Source of the DNA: an uncultured Verrucomicrobiae bacterium
Lineage (GTDB): Bacteria; Verrucomicrobiota; Verrucomicrobiia; Chthoniobacterales; Chthoniobacteraceae
Direction of reading: 5' to 3'
Length of the DNA: 64,000 bases
NCBI GenBank assembly: GCA_963836755.1
Contig: CAWIKF010000002.1
Coordinates: 1,056,001-1,120,000 of the forward strand
This document shows, piece by piece, positions 34,801-45,214 of the stretch. The translations under genes were made by a program, and so were the position numbers. The notes beneath the pieces are model-generated. The model did not search any database, had not been told where the DNA came from, and saw only the letters and a program-made list of their open reading frames with translations. The stretch's first letter is position 1. The number at the start of each line of letters is the position of its first letter.

Positions 34801-36517
34801 CCGCCTGCAAAAATTGGTCTCGATCGGCGTCGGCGTCGCATTTTTTGGCGGCGTCGCGCTTGGCTACTTTGTTAACGCTGCGTCAACGGTCCGCGAAAAG
34901 CAGCGCGCGGCTGACATCGCAGCGAGCGAGAGCCACGGCGGCGGCGGGTCGGCGATCGCTCGGAATCAAAGTTCCGCATCCGCAACGCGCGAAAAAAACG
35001 CGGCCGATTTTCCGACGCGGCTGCACGAGGCGCTCAGCGGCAGCATGCGGAATCGGTGGGGCAGGATTTTTTCCATCGCCGATGATCTGAGCCCTGCCGA
35101 GGTGCGTGCCGCGCTTGCGGAAGTCGAGAAACTGCACATGACTGAGCGGCCCTTTATCATTGGCCAACTGCTGGCGCGCTGGGCCGAGCAAGATCCGAAA
35201 GCCGCGCTCGCTTATGCGAATGCGATCACGAAAAGCAACGAACGCCAGGAAGCGCTCGCCTCGGTGGTCGGTGGCTGGGCGGATAAAGATCCGAAGGCCG
35301 CGCAGGCATGGGCAACGGCGCTTCCGCCAGGTCAAATGCGCGATGGCGTTTGCCAGGCGCTCATCGGTGCGTTCGCGGCGAGCGATCCCGAGCAGGCGTT
35401 GAAACTGTTGGAAACGGGCTCGCTGCGCATGCAGACGTCGAGCGTGTATATGATTTTTAGCACTTGGGCGGGCCGCGATCCCGATGCGGCTGCGGCGCGC
35501 GCGGCTTTGCTCACTGGCAGCGCGCGCCGCAACGCGATCAACGTTGTGGCCACCGCGTGGGCAGCGTCGGATGTGCCGGCCGCGTTGGCATGGGCGCAAA
35601 ATCTCACCGATGGCGAAGGCCGCCGCGACGCGCTCTCGACTGTGGCGCAGCAATGGGCGCAAACCGATCCGCAGGCTGCGACTGAGTTTGCCGCAAAATT
35701 GCCGACCGGCTCGGCGACGCAGGTGATGGCGAGCACGTTGTCCACGTGGGCCAACTCTGATTTAAAAAGTGCGCTTGATTGGATTAACGATCTGCCCGAC
35801 AGCGCGCAGAAAACAAATGTGCTCCAGCAAATGAGCTACCGCGGAATGCAGGACCCGTCCCGCGCGTTGCAGATCGCGCAGCTCATGCCGCCCGGAACTT
35901 CGCAGGATAACGTGCTGCGCAATGTCGCGAGCAATTGGATCCAGACCGATCCGACTGGCGCGATGGCTTGGGCGCAACAACAAACCGATGATCATGTGCG
36001 GCAAATGATCTGGCCCTCCATCGCCGCCGGACTTGCGCAAAGTGATCCACTCGCCGCCGTCAAAATTGCGCAATCGCTCACCGCAGGGCAGGAGCGCGAA
36101 AATGCCACCGGCAACGTCCTTTCCACATGGGCGGAAAACGATCCGACAGCGGCGATGAACTGGACGCTGCAGCAAATGCCCGATGGACGGCAAAAAAACG
36201 CATCGGTGGGCCAGGTCATTTCGACCTGGGCGCGCAATGACATCACCGGCGCCGAGCAATTCATCGCCAAGCTGCCCGCCGGCGAGATGCGCGACGATTC
36301 GCTGCGCTCGGCGAGTTTTCAATTCATGAGCAGCGATCCCGCGACGGCCGCGCAATTCATCGCTGGAATCGGTGATGAGAAAGCGCGCACGATGCAATAC
36401 GAAAATCTCGCGCGAAACTGGCTGCGCACCGATCCGCAAAACGCGCTCGCCTGGATTTCTCAATCTCCGCTTCCCGCCGAGACGAAGGAACGTCTCGCAA
36501 AAGAGGCGCCACACTAA
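34769..36517 (+). CDS. Membrane-anchored protein with about 14 tandem W-A-x-x-D-P-x-A-A helical repeats
   Basis: N-terminal TM (LVSIGVGVAFFGGVALGYFV); repeats from WAEQDPKAA to WLRTDPQNA at about 31-33 aa spacing. Confidence 0.85.
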   Translation: MQASPTAPRFSRLQKLVSIGVGVAFFGGVALGYFVNAASTVREKQRAADIAASESHGGGGSAIARNQSSASATREKNAADFPTRLHEALSGSMRNRWGRIFSIADDLSPAEVRAALAEVEKLHMTERPFIIGQLLARWAEQDPKAALAYANAITKSNERQEALASVVGGWADKDPKAAQAWATALPPGQMRDGVCQALIGAFAASDPEQALKLLETGSLRMQTSSVYMIFSTWAGRDPDAAAARAALLTGSARRNAINVVATAWAASDVPAALAWAQNLTDGEGRRDALSTVAQQWAQTDPQAATEFAAKLPTGSATQVMASTLSTWANSDLKSALDWINDLPDSAQKTNVLQQMSYRGMQDPSRALQIAQLMPPGTSQDNVLRNVASNWIQTDPTGAMAWAQQQTDDHVRQMIWPSIAAGLAQSDPLAAVKIAQSLTAGQERENATGNVLSTWAENDPTAAMNWTLQQMPDGRQKNASVGQVISTWARNDITGAEQFIAKLPAGEMRDDSLRSASFQFMSSDPATAAQFIAGIGDEKARTMQYENLARNWLRTDPQNALAWISQSPLPAETKERLAKEAPH

Positions 36518-36521
36518 AATT

Positions 36522-37346
36522 TTAGCGCGGCAGGATCGCGATGTAATTGCGGACGTTCACGTTTGGATTCCCGATGTCCGAAGTGTCGCGGCCACGAATC
36601 CACATCCCGGTGGACGAGCCGCCGTCGAGATTAAGCGCGCGATCGACGGCGTGCGTTCCCGTTCGCAAGCGCGTGGCGAGGATTTCCGCAAACTCGGCGA
36701 GCGTCACCGGCTCGCACACGACCAGCCTATACACATCGGCCACATCTCCTTCATTGCCGCTGCATTTGCTGAAAATCACCGCGGTCCGCCGCGCGCTTCG
36801 CACGTCATTCAAACCGGCGATGACTTCTCCATGCTCCACTAAAAACGGCCCGGCTTGCAGCGCATCGGTCAGTTTTTGACGCGACGAATATTCACCCGAC
36901 CGCAGCAGAGAAATGTGGCTCTGACCAATTGCGAGGACGCCGCTGAGCAGCTTTGCGCGTTCAAAAGGATGCACCAACTTTTCTGCGCTGATCTCCAGCC
37001 CGAGCGGCGTTCGATCGGGATGAAAAAATCCGCCGTTCACACCTGCCAATGCGCCACGTTTTTGCATCGCAGCCGACAGCGTCTCGTCGCCACGCGGATT
37101 ATCGATCACCGCCAGCCGTCCTTCGTCCACGCTGAAATGGATGGATCGCAAACGGACCACGTTGCCGGTAGCGCGATTCAAAAGCGTCTGTGTCGTCGGG
37201 AAAACCGTGTGCGGAGCAGGCTTGTCGAGATCTTCATACTGGTGCTGCTCTTCCTCCCAGATGCCACCGCCCGCAGCCTCCACGCGCCGATTTCCCGCAG
37301 CACAAAAAACAAGAACGCACGCCAGCCTGACGAACCGCTTTCGCAC
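36522..37346 (-). CDS. Phosphodiester glycosidase family protein (NAGPA/DUF2233)
   Basis: GVNGGFF, LQAGPFLV, ARRTAV, ALNLDGGSS; N-terminal hydrophobic stretch; start (GTG) approximate. Confidence 0.85.
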   Translation of the reverse strand: MRKRFVRLACVLVFCAAGNRRVEAAGGGIWEEEQHQYEDLDKPAPHTVFPTTQTLLNRATGNVVRLRSIHFSVDEGRLAVIDNPRGDETLSAAMQKRGALAGVNGGFFHPDRTPLGLEISAEKLVHPFERAKLLSGVLAIGQSHISLLRSGEYSSRQKLTDALQAGPFLVEHGEVIAGLNDVRSARRTAVIFSKCSGNEGDVADVYRLVVCEPVTLAEFAEILATRLRTGTHAVDRALNLDGGSSTGMWIRGRDTSDIGNPNVNVRNYIAILPR

Positions 37347-37385
37347 TTGCCCAAGTTTCACCGCGCTTTGATACTGGACGCCGCC

Positions 37386-38387
37386 ATGATTGTCACCACT
37401 GCCGACCTTTACAGAGTCGCCTACGGCAAGTTCGCCATCGGCGCTTACAACATAAACAACGCCGAGCAAACCATCGGCTTGTTCCGCGGCTGCATCGAGA
37501 GCAAGGCGCCGTTCATCATCCAGCTTTCCAAAGGCGCGCGCAAATATACCGACAAACGCATGCTCGAGGCGATCATCCGCTCGGCCATCGAGATTTTTCC
37601 CGACGCGATTTTCGCGGTGCATCTCGATCATGGCGACGAGGAATCATGCTACGACTGCATCGAGAGCGGCTTTTACAGCTCCGTCATGATCGACGCGTCG
37701 CACGATCCGTTTGACGAAAATATCGCGATCACGAAACGCGTAGTCGACCGCGCGCACGCCCGCGGCATCAGCGTCGAGGCCGAGCTCGGCCAGCTCGGCG
37801 GCGTCGAGGAAGACATCGCGGTGGACGAGGGCAACGCTTGTTTGACAAACCCAGACGAAGTCGTGGAATTCATCCAGCGCACCGGCTGCGATTCCCTCGC
37901 AGCGGCCATTGGCACCAGCCACGGCGCGTATAAATTCAAAGGCCAGCAAAGTTTGCATTTCCACGTCATCGAAGCGATTCGCGACAAAATTAAAGCCGCC
38001 AGTTTGCCGCCGACGCCGATCGTCATGCATGGCTCCTCGAGCGTGCCGAAAAGCGAAGTCGAGCGGATCAACGCCGCTGGTGGAAAGCTCGACCCGAGCG
38101 CGTGCGGCGTGAACGAAGACGAATATTTACCCGCGGCGAAACTCGGCGTGACGAAGATCAACATCGACACCGATGGCCGGCTCGTCTGGACGCGCGTGCA
38201 TCGCGAATTTTTCCGCGATCATCCGGCGGAATTTGATTTCCGCCCGCCCGGCAAAATCTTCATGGACGAATACGCGAGCTTCATCGCGCACAAAAACGAA
38301 AAGCTCGGCAGCGCCGGCAAACTTTCCGAAGTGCGCGAGTGGCTCGAAAAAAATCACGGCCACGCAAAATTCGCCGGTGTCGCCTAG
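37386..38387 (+). CDS. fba: Fructose-bisphosphate aldolase class II
   Basis: AIGAYNINN, VHLDHG, SSVMIDAS, VEAELG, IGTSHGAYKF, VMHGSS, KINIDTD. Confidence 0.96.
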   Translation: MIVTTADLYRVAYGKFAIGAYNINNAEQTIGLFRGCIESKAPFIIQLSKGARKYTDKRMLEAIIRSAIEIFPDAIFAVHLDHGDEESCYDCIESGFYSSVMIDASHDPFDENIAITKRVVDRAHARGISVEAELGQLGGVEEDIAVDEGNACLTNPDEVVEFIQRTGCDSLAAAIGTSHGAYKFKGQQSLHFHVIEAIRDKIKAASLPPTPIVMHGSSSVPKSEVERINAAGGKLDPSACGVNEDEYLPAAKLGVTKINIDTDGRLVWTRVHREFFRDHPAEFDFRPPGKIFMDEYASFIAHKNEKLGSAGKLSEVREWLEKNHGHAKFAGVA

Positions 38388-39070
38388 CGCAGCTCAGCGA
38401 TGATTTTTTCGGCCGCCGCGCGCGGGTCCGCATGCGCGGTGATCGGCCGGCCGATGACGAGATAATTGGCGCCCGCGTCCACCGCTGCTCGCGGCGTCAT
38501 CATGCGCTGCTGGTCATTTGCAGCGGCCCATTCCGGCCGAACGCCCGGCGTCACGAGCGTTAACTTTTGTGCAAAAACCTGACGCAGCAGCGAAACTTCC
38601 TGCGGGCTGGCGACAACGCCACGCAAACCGTTATCCACAGCAAGCCGCGCGAGCCGCAACACCTGATCCTCGACCGAAGTTTCGATCGAGATCTCGTGCA
38701 ATGTTTCGCGCGTGCTGCTCGTCAAAACGCTGACGCCGAGCACGAGCGTCTCGCCAGCCGCTTCCGCTGCGGCGCTGATCATTTTCGCGCCGCCGCACAA
38801 GTGGATCGTGAGCATGTCGACGCCGAGCGCGCAGGCGGATTCGACCGCGTGCCGCACCGTGTTCGGGATGTCGTGAAACTTCAGATCGAGAAAAACTTTT
38901 GCGCCAGTTTGTTTCACGAGCTGCAAAACCGAAGGCCCGCACTTGGTGAAAAGCTGCAGCCCAATCTTGTAAATGCGAATGCTGTCGCCGAGTTGATCGA
39001 TCAATCGCGTCGCCGATTCCGCATCCGGCACGTCGAGCGCGACGATGATTTTTTCCGCCGCGCTTTTCAA
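38384..39070 (-). CDS. pyrF: Orotidine-5'-phosphate decarboxylase
   Basis: IVALD, KIG, FLDLKFHDIPNTV, VTPGVR, DQQR, LVIGRPI. Confidence 0.98.
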   Translation of the reverse strand: MKSAAEKIIVALDVPDAESATRLIDQLGDSIRIYKIGLQLFTKCGPSVLQLVKQTGAKVFLDLKFHDIPNTVRHAVESACALGVDMLTIHLCGGAKMISAAAEAAGETLVLGVSVLTSSTRETLHEISIETSVEDQVLRLARLAVDNGLRGVVASPQEVSLLRQVFAQKLTLVTPGVRPEWAAANDQQRMMTPRAAVDAGANYLVIGRPITAHADPRAAAEKIIAELR

Positions 39071-39094
39071 ATTTGGCTTCGCACTCCGGGCTGA

Positions 39095-39556
39095 TTAGTG
39101 CCCTGAAAGCGGCTGACCTTCTTCGTTCAGCAGCAGCTTGTGGCTTTTGCCGCCGGCATTCACGGTCACTTCAAACACTGTGCCGCCGACCTTTTCGACT
39201 TTCGTGAAATGCGAAATTTTTCCATCCGGGAACTTTTTCTTCATTGCCTCTTTCACCTGCGCCGGCGCGTCCTCCGGCGAAAGTCGATGCTCGGTCTGAA
39301 TCAATTTTCCCGTCTCTGAAATCACGATCGCCATCTTTTCGTCGTTCCGCCGAAACTCGACTTCGTAAGCGCGCTTGCCGCCTTCAAATGTGTCCTCAAC
39401 CTCCTCAACCTTCAGTTTGCCGACCAGCGCGCGGGCCGTTTTTTGGACTGCCGGCGGCAGGCTCCTGAGATCATCTTCCTCGGCCAAGACGTTTCCGGCT
39501 GAGCAAAAAACGAGTGCCGCAAAAACGGCGTTGCGCGAGGCGGAGAGAACTTTCAT
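39095..39556 (-). CDS. Periplasmic PepSY-like domain protein
   Basis: Signal peptide; two units LPPAVQKT...YEVEF...GKLI and APAQVKEAM...FEVTV...EGQPL. Confidence 0.75.
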   Translation of the reverse strand: MKVLSASRNAVFAALVFCSAGNVLAEEDDLRSLPPAVQKTARALVGKLKVEEVEDTFEGGKRAYEVEFRRNDEKMAIVISETGKLIQTEHRLSPEDAPAQVKEAMKKKFPDGKISHFTKVEKVGGTVFEVTVNAGGKSHKLLLNEEGQPLSGH

Positions 39557-39661
39557 TAGACTGGAAACTATTGCACGCCGGGCCGTTCAGCAAGCATCGC
39601 GCGCTCTTCGCGAGATACGGCTTTTTTCGCACCGGCATCCGATTTCGACCCGAAATTGCCG

Positions 39662-42460
39662 ATGAATCTACCAGACATCCCGAGCGCGACCTATCGCCTA
39701 CAATTTAACAAAGATTTTACGTTCGCCCAGGCGCGGAAGCTCATTCCGTATTTGCACGAGCTCGGAATCAGCCATCTTTATGCGTCGCCCTATTTTCAGG
39801 CGTCGCCCGACAGCCCGCATGGCTACGACATCTGCAACCATAACGAGCTGAATCCCGCGATCGGCTCGCGTGCGGAATACGACGCGATGGTGGCCGCGCT
39901 GCACGAGCATGGGATGAGGCAAATCGTCGACTTTGTGCCGAACCACATGGGCATCGCCGAGCCGCTTAACAAGTGGTGGATGGATGTTTTGGAAAACGGG
40001 CCGAGTTCGCGTTACGCGCCGTTTTTCGACATCGACTGGCACCCGCTGATGGAGGAATTGGAGAACAAAGTTTTACTGCCGATTCTCGGCGATCAATACG
40101 GGCGGATTTTGGAAAAAGGGGATCTGAAGCTGATCTTCGAGCAGGGCGCATTTTTTCTGACATATTTCGCCGCGAAGCTCCCGCTCACTCCGCGCAGCTA
40201 TGGCGCGATCCTCAGCCGCGCGATCGACAAAATGAGCGGGCGTTATGCGACGCAGGATTTTTTTCTTGAGCTGCAAAGCATCCTCACTGCGGCCGAGCAT
40301 CTGCCGCGGCGCACGGACGTGGAGGAGGACAAGGTTCTCGAGCGGGCGCGCGAAAAGGAGATGGTCAAAAAACGGCTTGAGCGCCTTTGCAATGAATGTC
40401 CGCAGGTTGCCACCGCGATTGACGAGACGCTTCACGAATTTGCCGGCCAGCCGGGCAATGCGCGGAGTTTTGACGCGCTTGACGCGCTCATCGATGCGCA
40501 GCCTTACCGGCTTAGTTTCTGGCGCGTGGCGGCGGAGGAAATCAACTACCGCCGTTTTTTCGACATCAATACGCTTGCCGCGCTGCGGATGGAATTGCCG
40601 GAAGTTTTCGATGCCGCGCACGTGCTGATTTTCGAGCTGCTGAAAAGCGGAGCCGTCAGCGGACTGCGCATCGACCATGTTGACGGTCTGTTAAACCCGC
40701 GTGAATATCTGGAAAAGTTGCAAATCGCCTTTGCGGAGCGCGCCGACACCGCGGCGACGGAGCAGCCGCTCTATTTGCTCGTCGAAAAAATTCTGCTCGG
40801 GGACGAGCGGCTGCGCGCCGACTGGCCGGTGCACGGCACGACCGGCTACGATTTTACAAACCAGCTCATTTCGCTTTTCGTCGATCGCGCCGCAGAGCGC
40901 TCTTTCACCGAGACGTATCATAAATTCATCGGTGGCAGCGTCAACTTCGGCGATTTGGTTTACCAAAAAAAACAGCTCACGATGCAGCTTTCGCTCGCGA
41001 GCGAAATCAACGTGCTCGGCCACATGCTTAACCGCCTGTCCGAGCGCAACCGCTGGTATCGCGACTTCACGCTCGGCGCGCTCACCACCGCCGTGCGCGA
41101 GGTGATCGCCTGCTTCCCGGTCTATCGCACTTACCTCGAGCCGGGCCGCGAGACGAGCGACGCCGGCCGGAAAGTTTTGTCGACCGCAGTCGCAGCGGCG
41201 AAGCGGCGCAACGCGGGCATCGAGACATCGATCTTCGATTTTCTCCACGAGATTTTGCTGATGAAATTTCCCGCGAACATTGATGACGAGGCCCGCGCGG
41301 AGCACCAGCGCTTCGTGATGAAATTCCAGCAATGCACCGGGCCGATCATGGCGAAAGGCCTCGAGGACACCGCATTCTACATCTATAACCGGCTCGTCGC
41401 GCTCAACGAAGTCGGCGGCGAGCCGCAGCATTTCGGCGCCTCTCGCGAGACGCTGCACCAGCAAAATGCGGCGCGCCAAAAAGATTTTCCGCACGCGATG
41501 CTGGCCACTTCGACGCACGACACAAAACGTAGCGAAGACGTTCGCGCGCGGCTCGCGGCGTTGTCGGAAATCCCGGCGGAATGGCGTCGCGCGCTCGTGC
41601 GCTGGCGCTCCTTGAATCGCAGGCACGCAGCGGAGGTCGGCGGCGAATCGGCGCCAGACGCGAACGAAGAATATCTGCTTTACCAAACGCTGCTCGGCAC
41701 GTGGCCATTCGACGGGAAGCCCGATGAACACTACATCCCGCGCATCCAGGACTACATGACGAAGGCGATCAAGGAGGCGAAAGTCAACAGCAGTTGGATC
41801 CAGCCGAACGAAGCGTGGGACGACGCGGTGCGCAACTTCATCGCGAAAATCTTGGATCCTTCGCGGCGCAATCGGTTCATCGAAAACTTTGCTCCGCTCG
41901 CCGAAAAACTTGCGCAGCTCGGTGCGGTAAATTCGCTGAGCCAGACATTGATCAAGCTCACTGCTCCCGGCGTTCCCGACATTTATCAAGGCATGGAAAC
42001 TTGGGATTTTTCGCTGGTCGATCCGGACAATCGCCGGCCGGTTGATTACGATTTGCGAGCGCGGCAACTCGAGTCGTTCAAAGACGGCGCTTCACCCGCG
42101 GAGCTTCTTCAACAGTGGACTGACGGGCGAATCAAAAGTTTTCTCACGCAAAAAGTGCTGCAGTTTCGGCGGGAGAATTTCGCGCTTTTCGCGCACGGCG
42201 ATTACGTGCCGGTTGAAAGCACAGGCGCCTTTGCGGAAAATGTTTTCGCGTTCACGCGCCGCCACGAAAATCGGACGCTTCTCGTCATCGCCCCGCGGTT
42301 GACGGCGCGGATCGGGTTTCCGCCGGTCGGCGAACTTTGGCGCGATACCGCGGTGAATTTCCAAGGCGAAAACCTGCGCGACATTTTTACCGGCAATGCC
42401 TTCAAACCCGCTCTGGCAGAGGCTTTGCGCGAACTGCCATTCGCGGCTTTTGCTGGTTAA
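39662..42460 (+). CDS. treY: Malto-oligosyltrehalose synthase
   Basis: PSATYRLQF, DFVPNHMG, INYRRFFDIN, LRIDHVDGL, VEKIL, STHDTKRSEDVRAR, SLVDPDNRRPVD. Confidence 0.97.
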   Translation: MNLPDIPSATYRLQFNKDFTFAQARKLIPYLHELGISHLYASPYFQASPDSPHGYDICNHNELNPAIGSRAEYDAMVAALHEHGMRQIVDFVPNHMGIAEPLNKWWMDVLENGPSSRYAPFFDIDWHPLMEELENKVLLPILGDQYGRILEKGDLKLIFEQGAFFLTYFAAKLPLTPRSYGAILSRAIDKMSGRYATQDFFLELQSILTAAEHLPRRTDVEEDKVLERAREKEMVKKRLERLCNECPQVATAIDETLHEFAGQPGNARSFDALDALIDAQPYRLSFWRVAAEEINYRRFFDINTLAALRMELPEVFDAAHVLIFELLKSGAVSGLRIDHVDGLLNPREYLEKLQIAFAERADTAATEQPLYLLVEKILLGDERLRADWPVHGTTGYDFTNQLISLFVDRAAERSFTETYHKFIGGSVNFGDLVYQKKQLTMQLSLASEINVLGHMLNRLSERNRWYRDFTLGALTTAVREVIACFPVYRTYLEPGRETSDAGRKVLSTAVAAAKRRNAGIETSIFDFLHEILLMKFPANIDDEARAEHQRFVMKFQQCTGPIMAKGLEDTAFYIYNRLVALNEVGGEPQHFGASRETLHQQNAARQKDFPHAMLATSTHDTKRSEDVRARLAALSEIPAEWRRALVRWRSLNRRHAAEVGGESAPDANEEYLLYQTLLGTWPFDGKPDEHYIPRIQDYMTKAIKEAKVNSSWIQPNEAWDDAVRNFIAKILDPSRRNRFIENFAPLAEKLAQLGAVNSLSQTLIKLTAPGVPDIYQGMETWDFSLVDPDNRRPVDYDLRARQLESFKDGASPAELLQQWTDGRIKSFLTQKVLQFRRENFALFAHGDYVPVESTGAFAENVFAFTRRHENRTLLVIAPRLTARIGFPPVGELWRDTAVNFQGENLRDIFTGNAFKPALAEALRELPFAAFAG

Positions 42461-43050
42461 GGGACGGGCGGCGGGATGAGCACGCATTGCATCCCGGCGG
42501 CGTGTGCGGCGGTGACGCCGATCTGCGTGTCTTCAAAAACCAAGCAGCGCACGGGCTCGACTCCGAGACGCGCGGCAGCGGTCAGAAACGGGTCGGGCGA
42601 CGGTTTGCCGTTCACGTAATCTTCCGCGCCGATGATCGCATCGAACAACTGCGTGATGCCGAGCGCGTCGAGCGTTTTCGTGACGATCGCGCGATGTCCG
42701 CCAGAGGCGACAGCCATCGGCAATTTTCCGTGCACATCTTTCGCGATCGCGACGACGGGTTCGATCGGGCCGATCTGCGCGATCATTTCCAGATAAAGCT
42801 GTTCCTTGTGTTGCGCGGTTTCGACCGTCGGGATTTTCAAACCGTGACGCTCGTTTAAAATCTCGACGATGCGAACGGTCGGAACGCCGCCGAGCTCGTA
42901 AAACATCGCCTCCGGAAAATTGTAATCAAACTCGCTGAGCGCGGCGCGCCACGCCTTGTAATGCAGCGGCATCGTGTCGGCGAGCGTGCCGTCGCAATCA
43001 AAAATATAGGCAGCAAAGTCGCCGGTTGGCAGTTCGAGTTTCACGCGCAT
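42457..43050 (-). CDS. HAD-family phosphatase (beta-PGM/YqaB-like)
   Basis: IFDCDGTLADTMPLH, VASGG, GKPSPDPF, VFED. Confidence 0.92.
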   Translation of the reverse strand: MRVKLELPTGDFAAYIFDCDGTLADTMPLHYKAWRAALSEFDYNFPEAMFYELGGVPTVRIVEILNERHGLKIPTVETAQHKEQLYLEMIAQIGPIEPVVAIAKDVHGKLPMAVASGGHRAIVTKTLDALGITQLFDAIIGAEDYVNGKPSPDPFLTAAARLGVEPVRCLVFEDTQIGVTAAHAAGMQCVLIPPPVP

Positions 43051-43155
43051 AAAAAGCGTGCGCGGCGCGCGCAAAGGCAAGCGCATTTCGTCCGCCTCCG
43101 CATAAAAGGCGCGACGCGTGGCGCGGTGGGATGGTATTGATGCGGCGTTGAAGCG

Positions 43156-43839
43156 ATGAACAATAAAGTGCTCATAGCCGACGATGAGGCTGATGTTTTG
43201 AACCTGGTCGCCGCTAATTTAAAAGGCGCGGGCTTCGTCGTGATGAAAGCCAGCAACGGCGCGGAAGCGCTCGCCAAGGCGCAGCGCGATTCGCCGTCGC
43301 TGCTCGTGCTGGATTTGATGCTGCCGGAGATGAGCGGGCTCGAGGTTTGCAAAACGCTCAAGGGCGATCCCGCGACGTCGTCATTGCCGATCATCATGCT
43401 CACGGCAAAGGCCGAGGAAGTGGACCGGATCGTCGGGCTGGAGCTGGGCGCGGACGATTACATGACGAAGCCATTCAGCCCGCGCGAACTGGTGCTGCGG
43501 GTCAAATCCGTCTTGCGCCGCGCGCACGGCGAACTCGATCCAAATGAGCCGCTGAAATCCGGCACGATCATGATCGATCGCGCGCGCCATCAGGTGCGGG
43601 TGAAGAATAAACCGGTCGATCTCACCGCGACGGAATTCAATTTGCTCGCGCTGCTGCTCGAGCGCCGGGGCCGCGTGCAGAGTCGCGAGAAATTGCTCAA
43701 CGAAGTTTGGGGCTACGAAAGCGCGATCGACACGCGGACCGTGGACACTCACGTGCGCCGCCTGCGCGAAAAACTCGGGCCCGCGTCCGATTGCATCGAG
43801 ACCGTGCGCGGCTTTGGTTATCGCATCGCGACCACTTAA
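43156..43839 (+). CDS. OmpR/PhoB-family response regulator (PhoB/PhoP-like)
   Basis: IADDE, LDLMLP, GADDYMTKPFSPREL, LTATEF, TRTVDTHVRRLREKL, TVRGFGY. Confidence 0.95.
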   Translation: MNNKVLIADDEADVLNLVAANLKGAGFVVMKASNGAEALAKAQRDSPSLLVLDLMLPEMSGLEVCKTLKGDPATSSLPIIMLTAKAEEVDRIVGLELGADDYMTKPFSPRELVLRVKSVLRRAHGELDPNEPLKSGTIMIDRARHQVRVKNKPVDLTATEFNLLALLLERRGRVQSREKLLNEVWGYESAIDTRTVDTHVRRLREKLGPASDCIETVRGFGYRIATT

Positions 43840-43875
43840 CGGGCCGCTGCTGCGCGTTTAACGGACGTTCACTGA

Positions 43876-45177
43876 ATGCTTATTTCGGTCACATTGCTGG
43901 TTTGCCTCATCTCCGTCTGTGGCGCATGGATCTGGCAGCGACGTAAATTTTTGCGGCACCTGCAGCACGTCGAGCAGATCATCGACGACGTCGCGGCCGG
44001 TCGGCGGTCGACGAGTTTCGTTTTCCGCAAAACGCGCGACTTCAGCGGCCTCGCGTTGCGGCTCGAGCATTTGAGCGACGAGCACGAACTTTTGAAAAAA
44101 GAGGTCGGCGAAAAAAAGTTCAACCTTGATGCCGTTCTCGCGAGCATGGCCGAAGGCGTGCTCGTGGTGGGCGATGCGCACGTTATTCGCATGGTGAACG
44201 ATTCGTTTTGCAAAATGTTTCAACTGCCCGCGAAGCCGCTTGGGCAGACGATCCTGCACGCGACCCGCGCCGCGGCCGTCGACGAAATCATTCGCGAAGC
44301 GCTCGAGCATGGCGCGGTGCGCTCGCGGGAAATCGTGGTCACGACTCCGAACAGCGGCGATCGCCATTTCAATGTAAATGCCGTGCCGCTGAAAGGAACG
44401 GCGGCCGAAAACACCGGCGTGGTCGCCGTCTTTCACGACATCTCGCGCCTCCGTCAACTCGAGGAAGTGCGGCGAGACTTTGTCGCCAATGTCTCGCACG
44501 AACTGCGCACACCGCTTTCGATCTTGCATGGCTATCTTGAAAATCTGATCGAAAATCCATCCCTCCCGAAAGCGGAGCGCGCGCAAATTTTGCAAATCAT
44601 GAGCAAGCATTCGCATCGCCTGAACGCGTTGCTCGAGGATTTGCTCACGCTCGCGCGACTGGAATCGCGGCGCGACACGCTCGATTCGCGCGAGATTTTG
44701 CTCGAGCCGTTTGTGAAGACGCTCGTGCGCGAATGGTCGCCGAAACTTTCCGACAAACACGCGGCGGTGAACGTGGAGATTGCGCCCGACCTGAAAGTGC
44801 GGGCGGATGTATTTCGATTGGAACAGGTGTTGAGCAACCTGCTTGACAACGCGCTGAAATTCAGCCGTGACCCCGGCGTCATCGCCATCCAGGCCTCGGC
44901 GGAAGAAGCGGACGCCGCGGTCGAAATGCGCGTGGAAGACGACGGGATCGGCATCCCGAAACTCGATCTGCCGCATATTTTTGAAAGATTCTACCGCGTG
45001 GAAAAGACGCGCACACGCGATGCAGGCGGCACCGGCCTCGGTTTATCCATCGTTAAACACATTGTTGGTTTGCACGGGGGAACGGTGCGGGCGGAGAGCG
45101 TTCTGGGGCGCGGGACGGCGATCGTGCTCCGTTTCCCTCAAAATGGCGCGAACGGCAAAGACGCACAAAAACCATAA
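43876..45177 (+). CDS. PhoR-like PAS sensor histidine kinase
   Basis: N-terminal TM, PAS, RRDFVANVSHELRTPL, NLLDNALKF, DDGIGI, IFERFYRV, GGTGLGLSIVKH. Confidence 0.93.
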   Translation: MLISVTLLVCLISVCGAWIWQRRKFLRHLQHVEQIIDDVAAGRRSTSFVFRKTRDFSGLALRLEHLSDEHELLKKEVGEKKFNLDAVLASMAEGVLVVGDAHVIRMVNDSFCKMFQLPAKPLGQTILHATRAAAVDEIIREALEHGAVRSREIVVTTPNSGDRHFNVNAVPLKGTAAENTGVVAVFHDISRLRQLEEVRRDFVANVSHELRTPLSILHGYLENLIENPSLPKAERAQILQIMSKHSHRLNALLEDLLTLARLESRRDTLDSREILLEPFVKTLVREWSPKLSDKHAAVNVEIAPDLKVRADVFRLEQVLSNLLDNALKFSRDPGVIAIQASAEEADAAVEMRVEDDGIGIPKLDLPHIFERFYRVEKTRTRDAGGTGLGLSIVKHIVGLHGGTVRAESVLGRGTAIVLRFPQNGANGKDAQKP

Positions 45178-45214
45178 GGGGTGTGCACGCATCCTGCTAA
45201 AAGAAGGTCTCACA

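Noticed and set aside
43046..43107. CGCATAAAA direct repeat as a Pho box
   Set aside because: The 53-nt spacing and sequence do not fit the 11-bp-period CTGTCAT pattern, and one copy overlaps a start codon.
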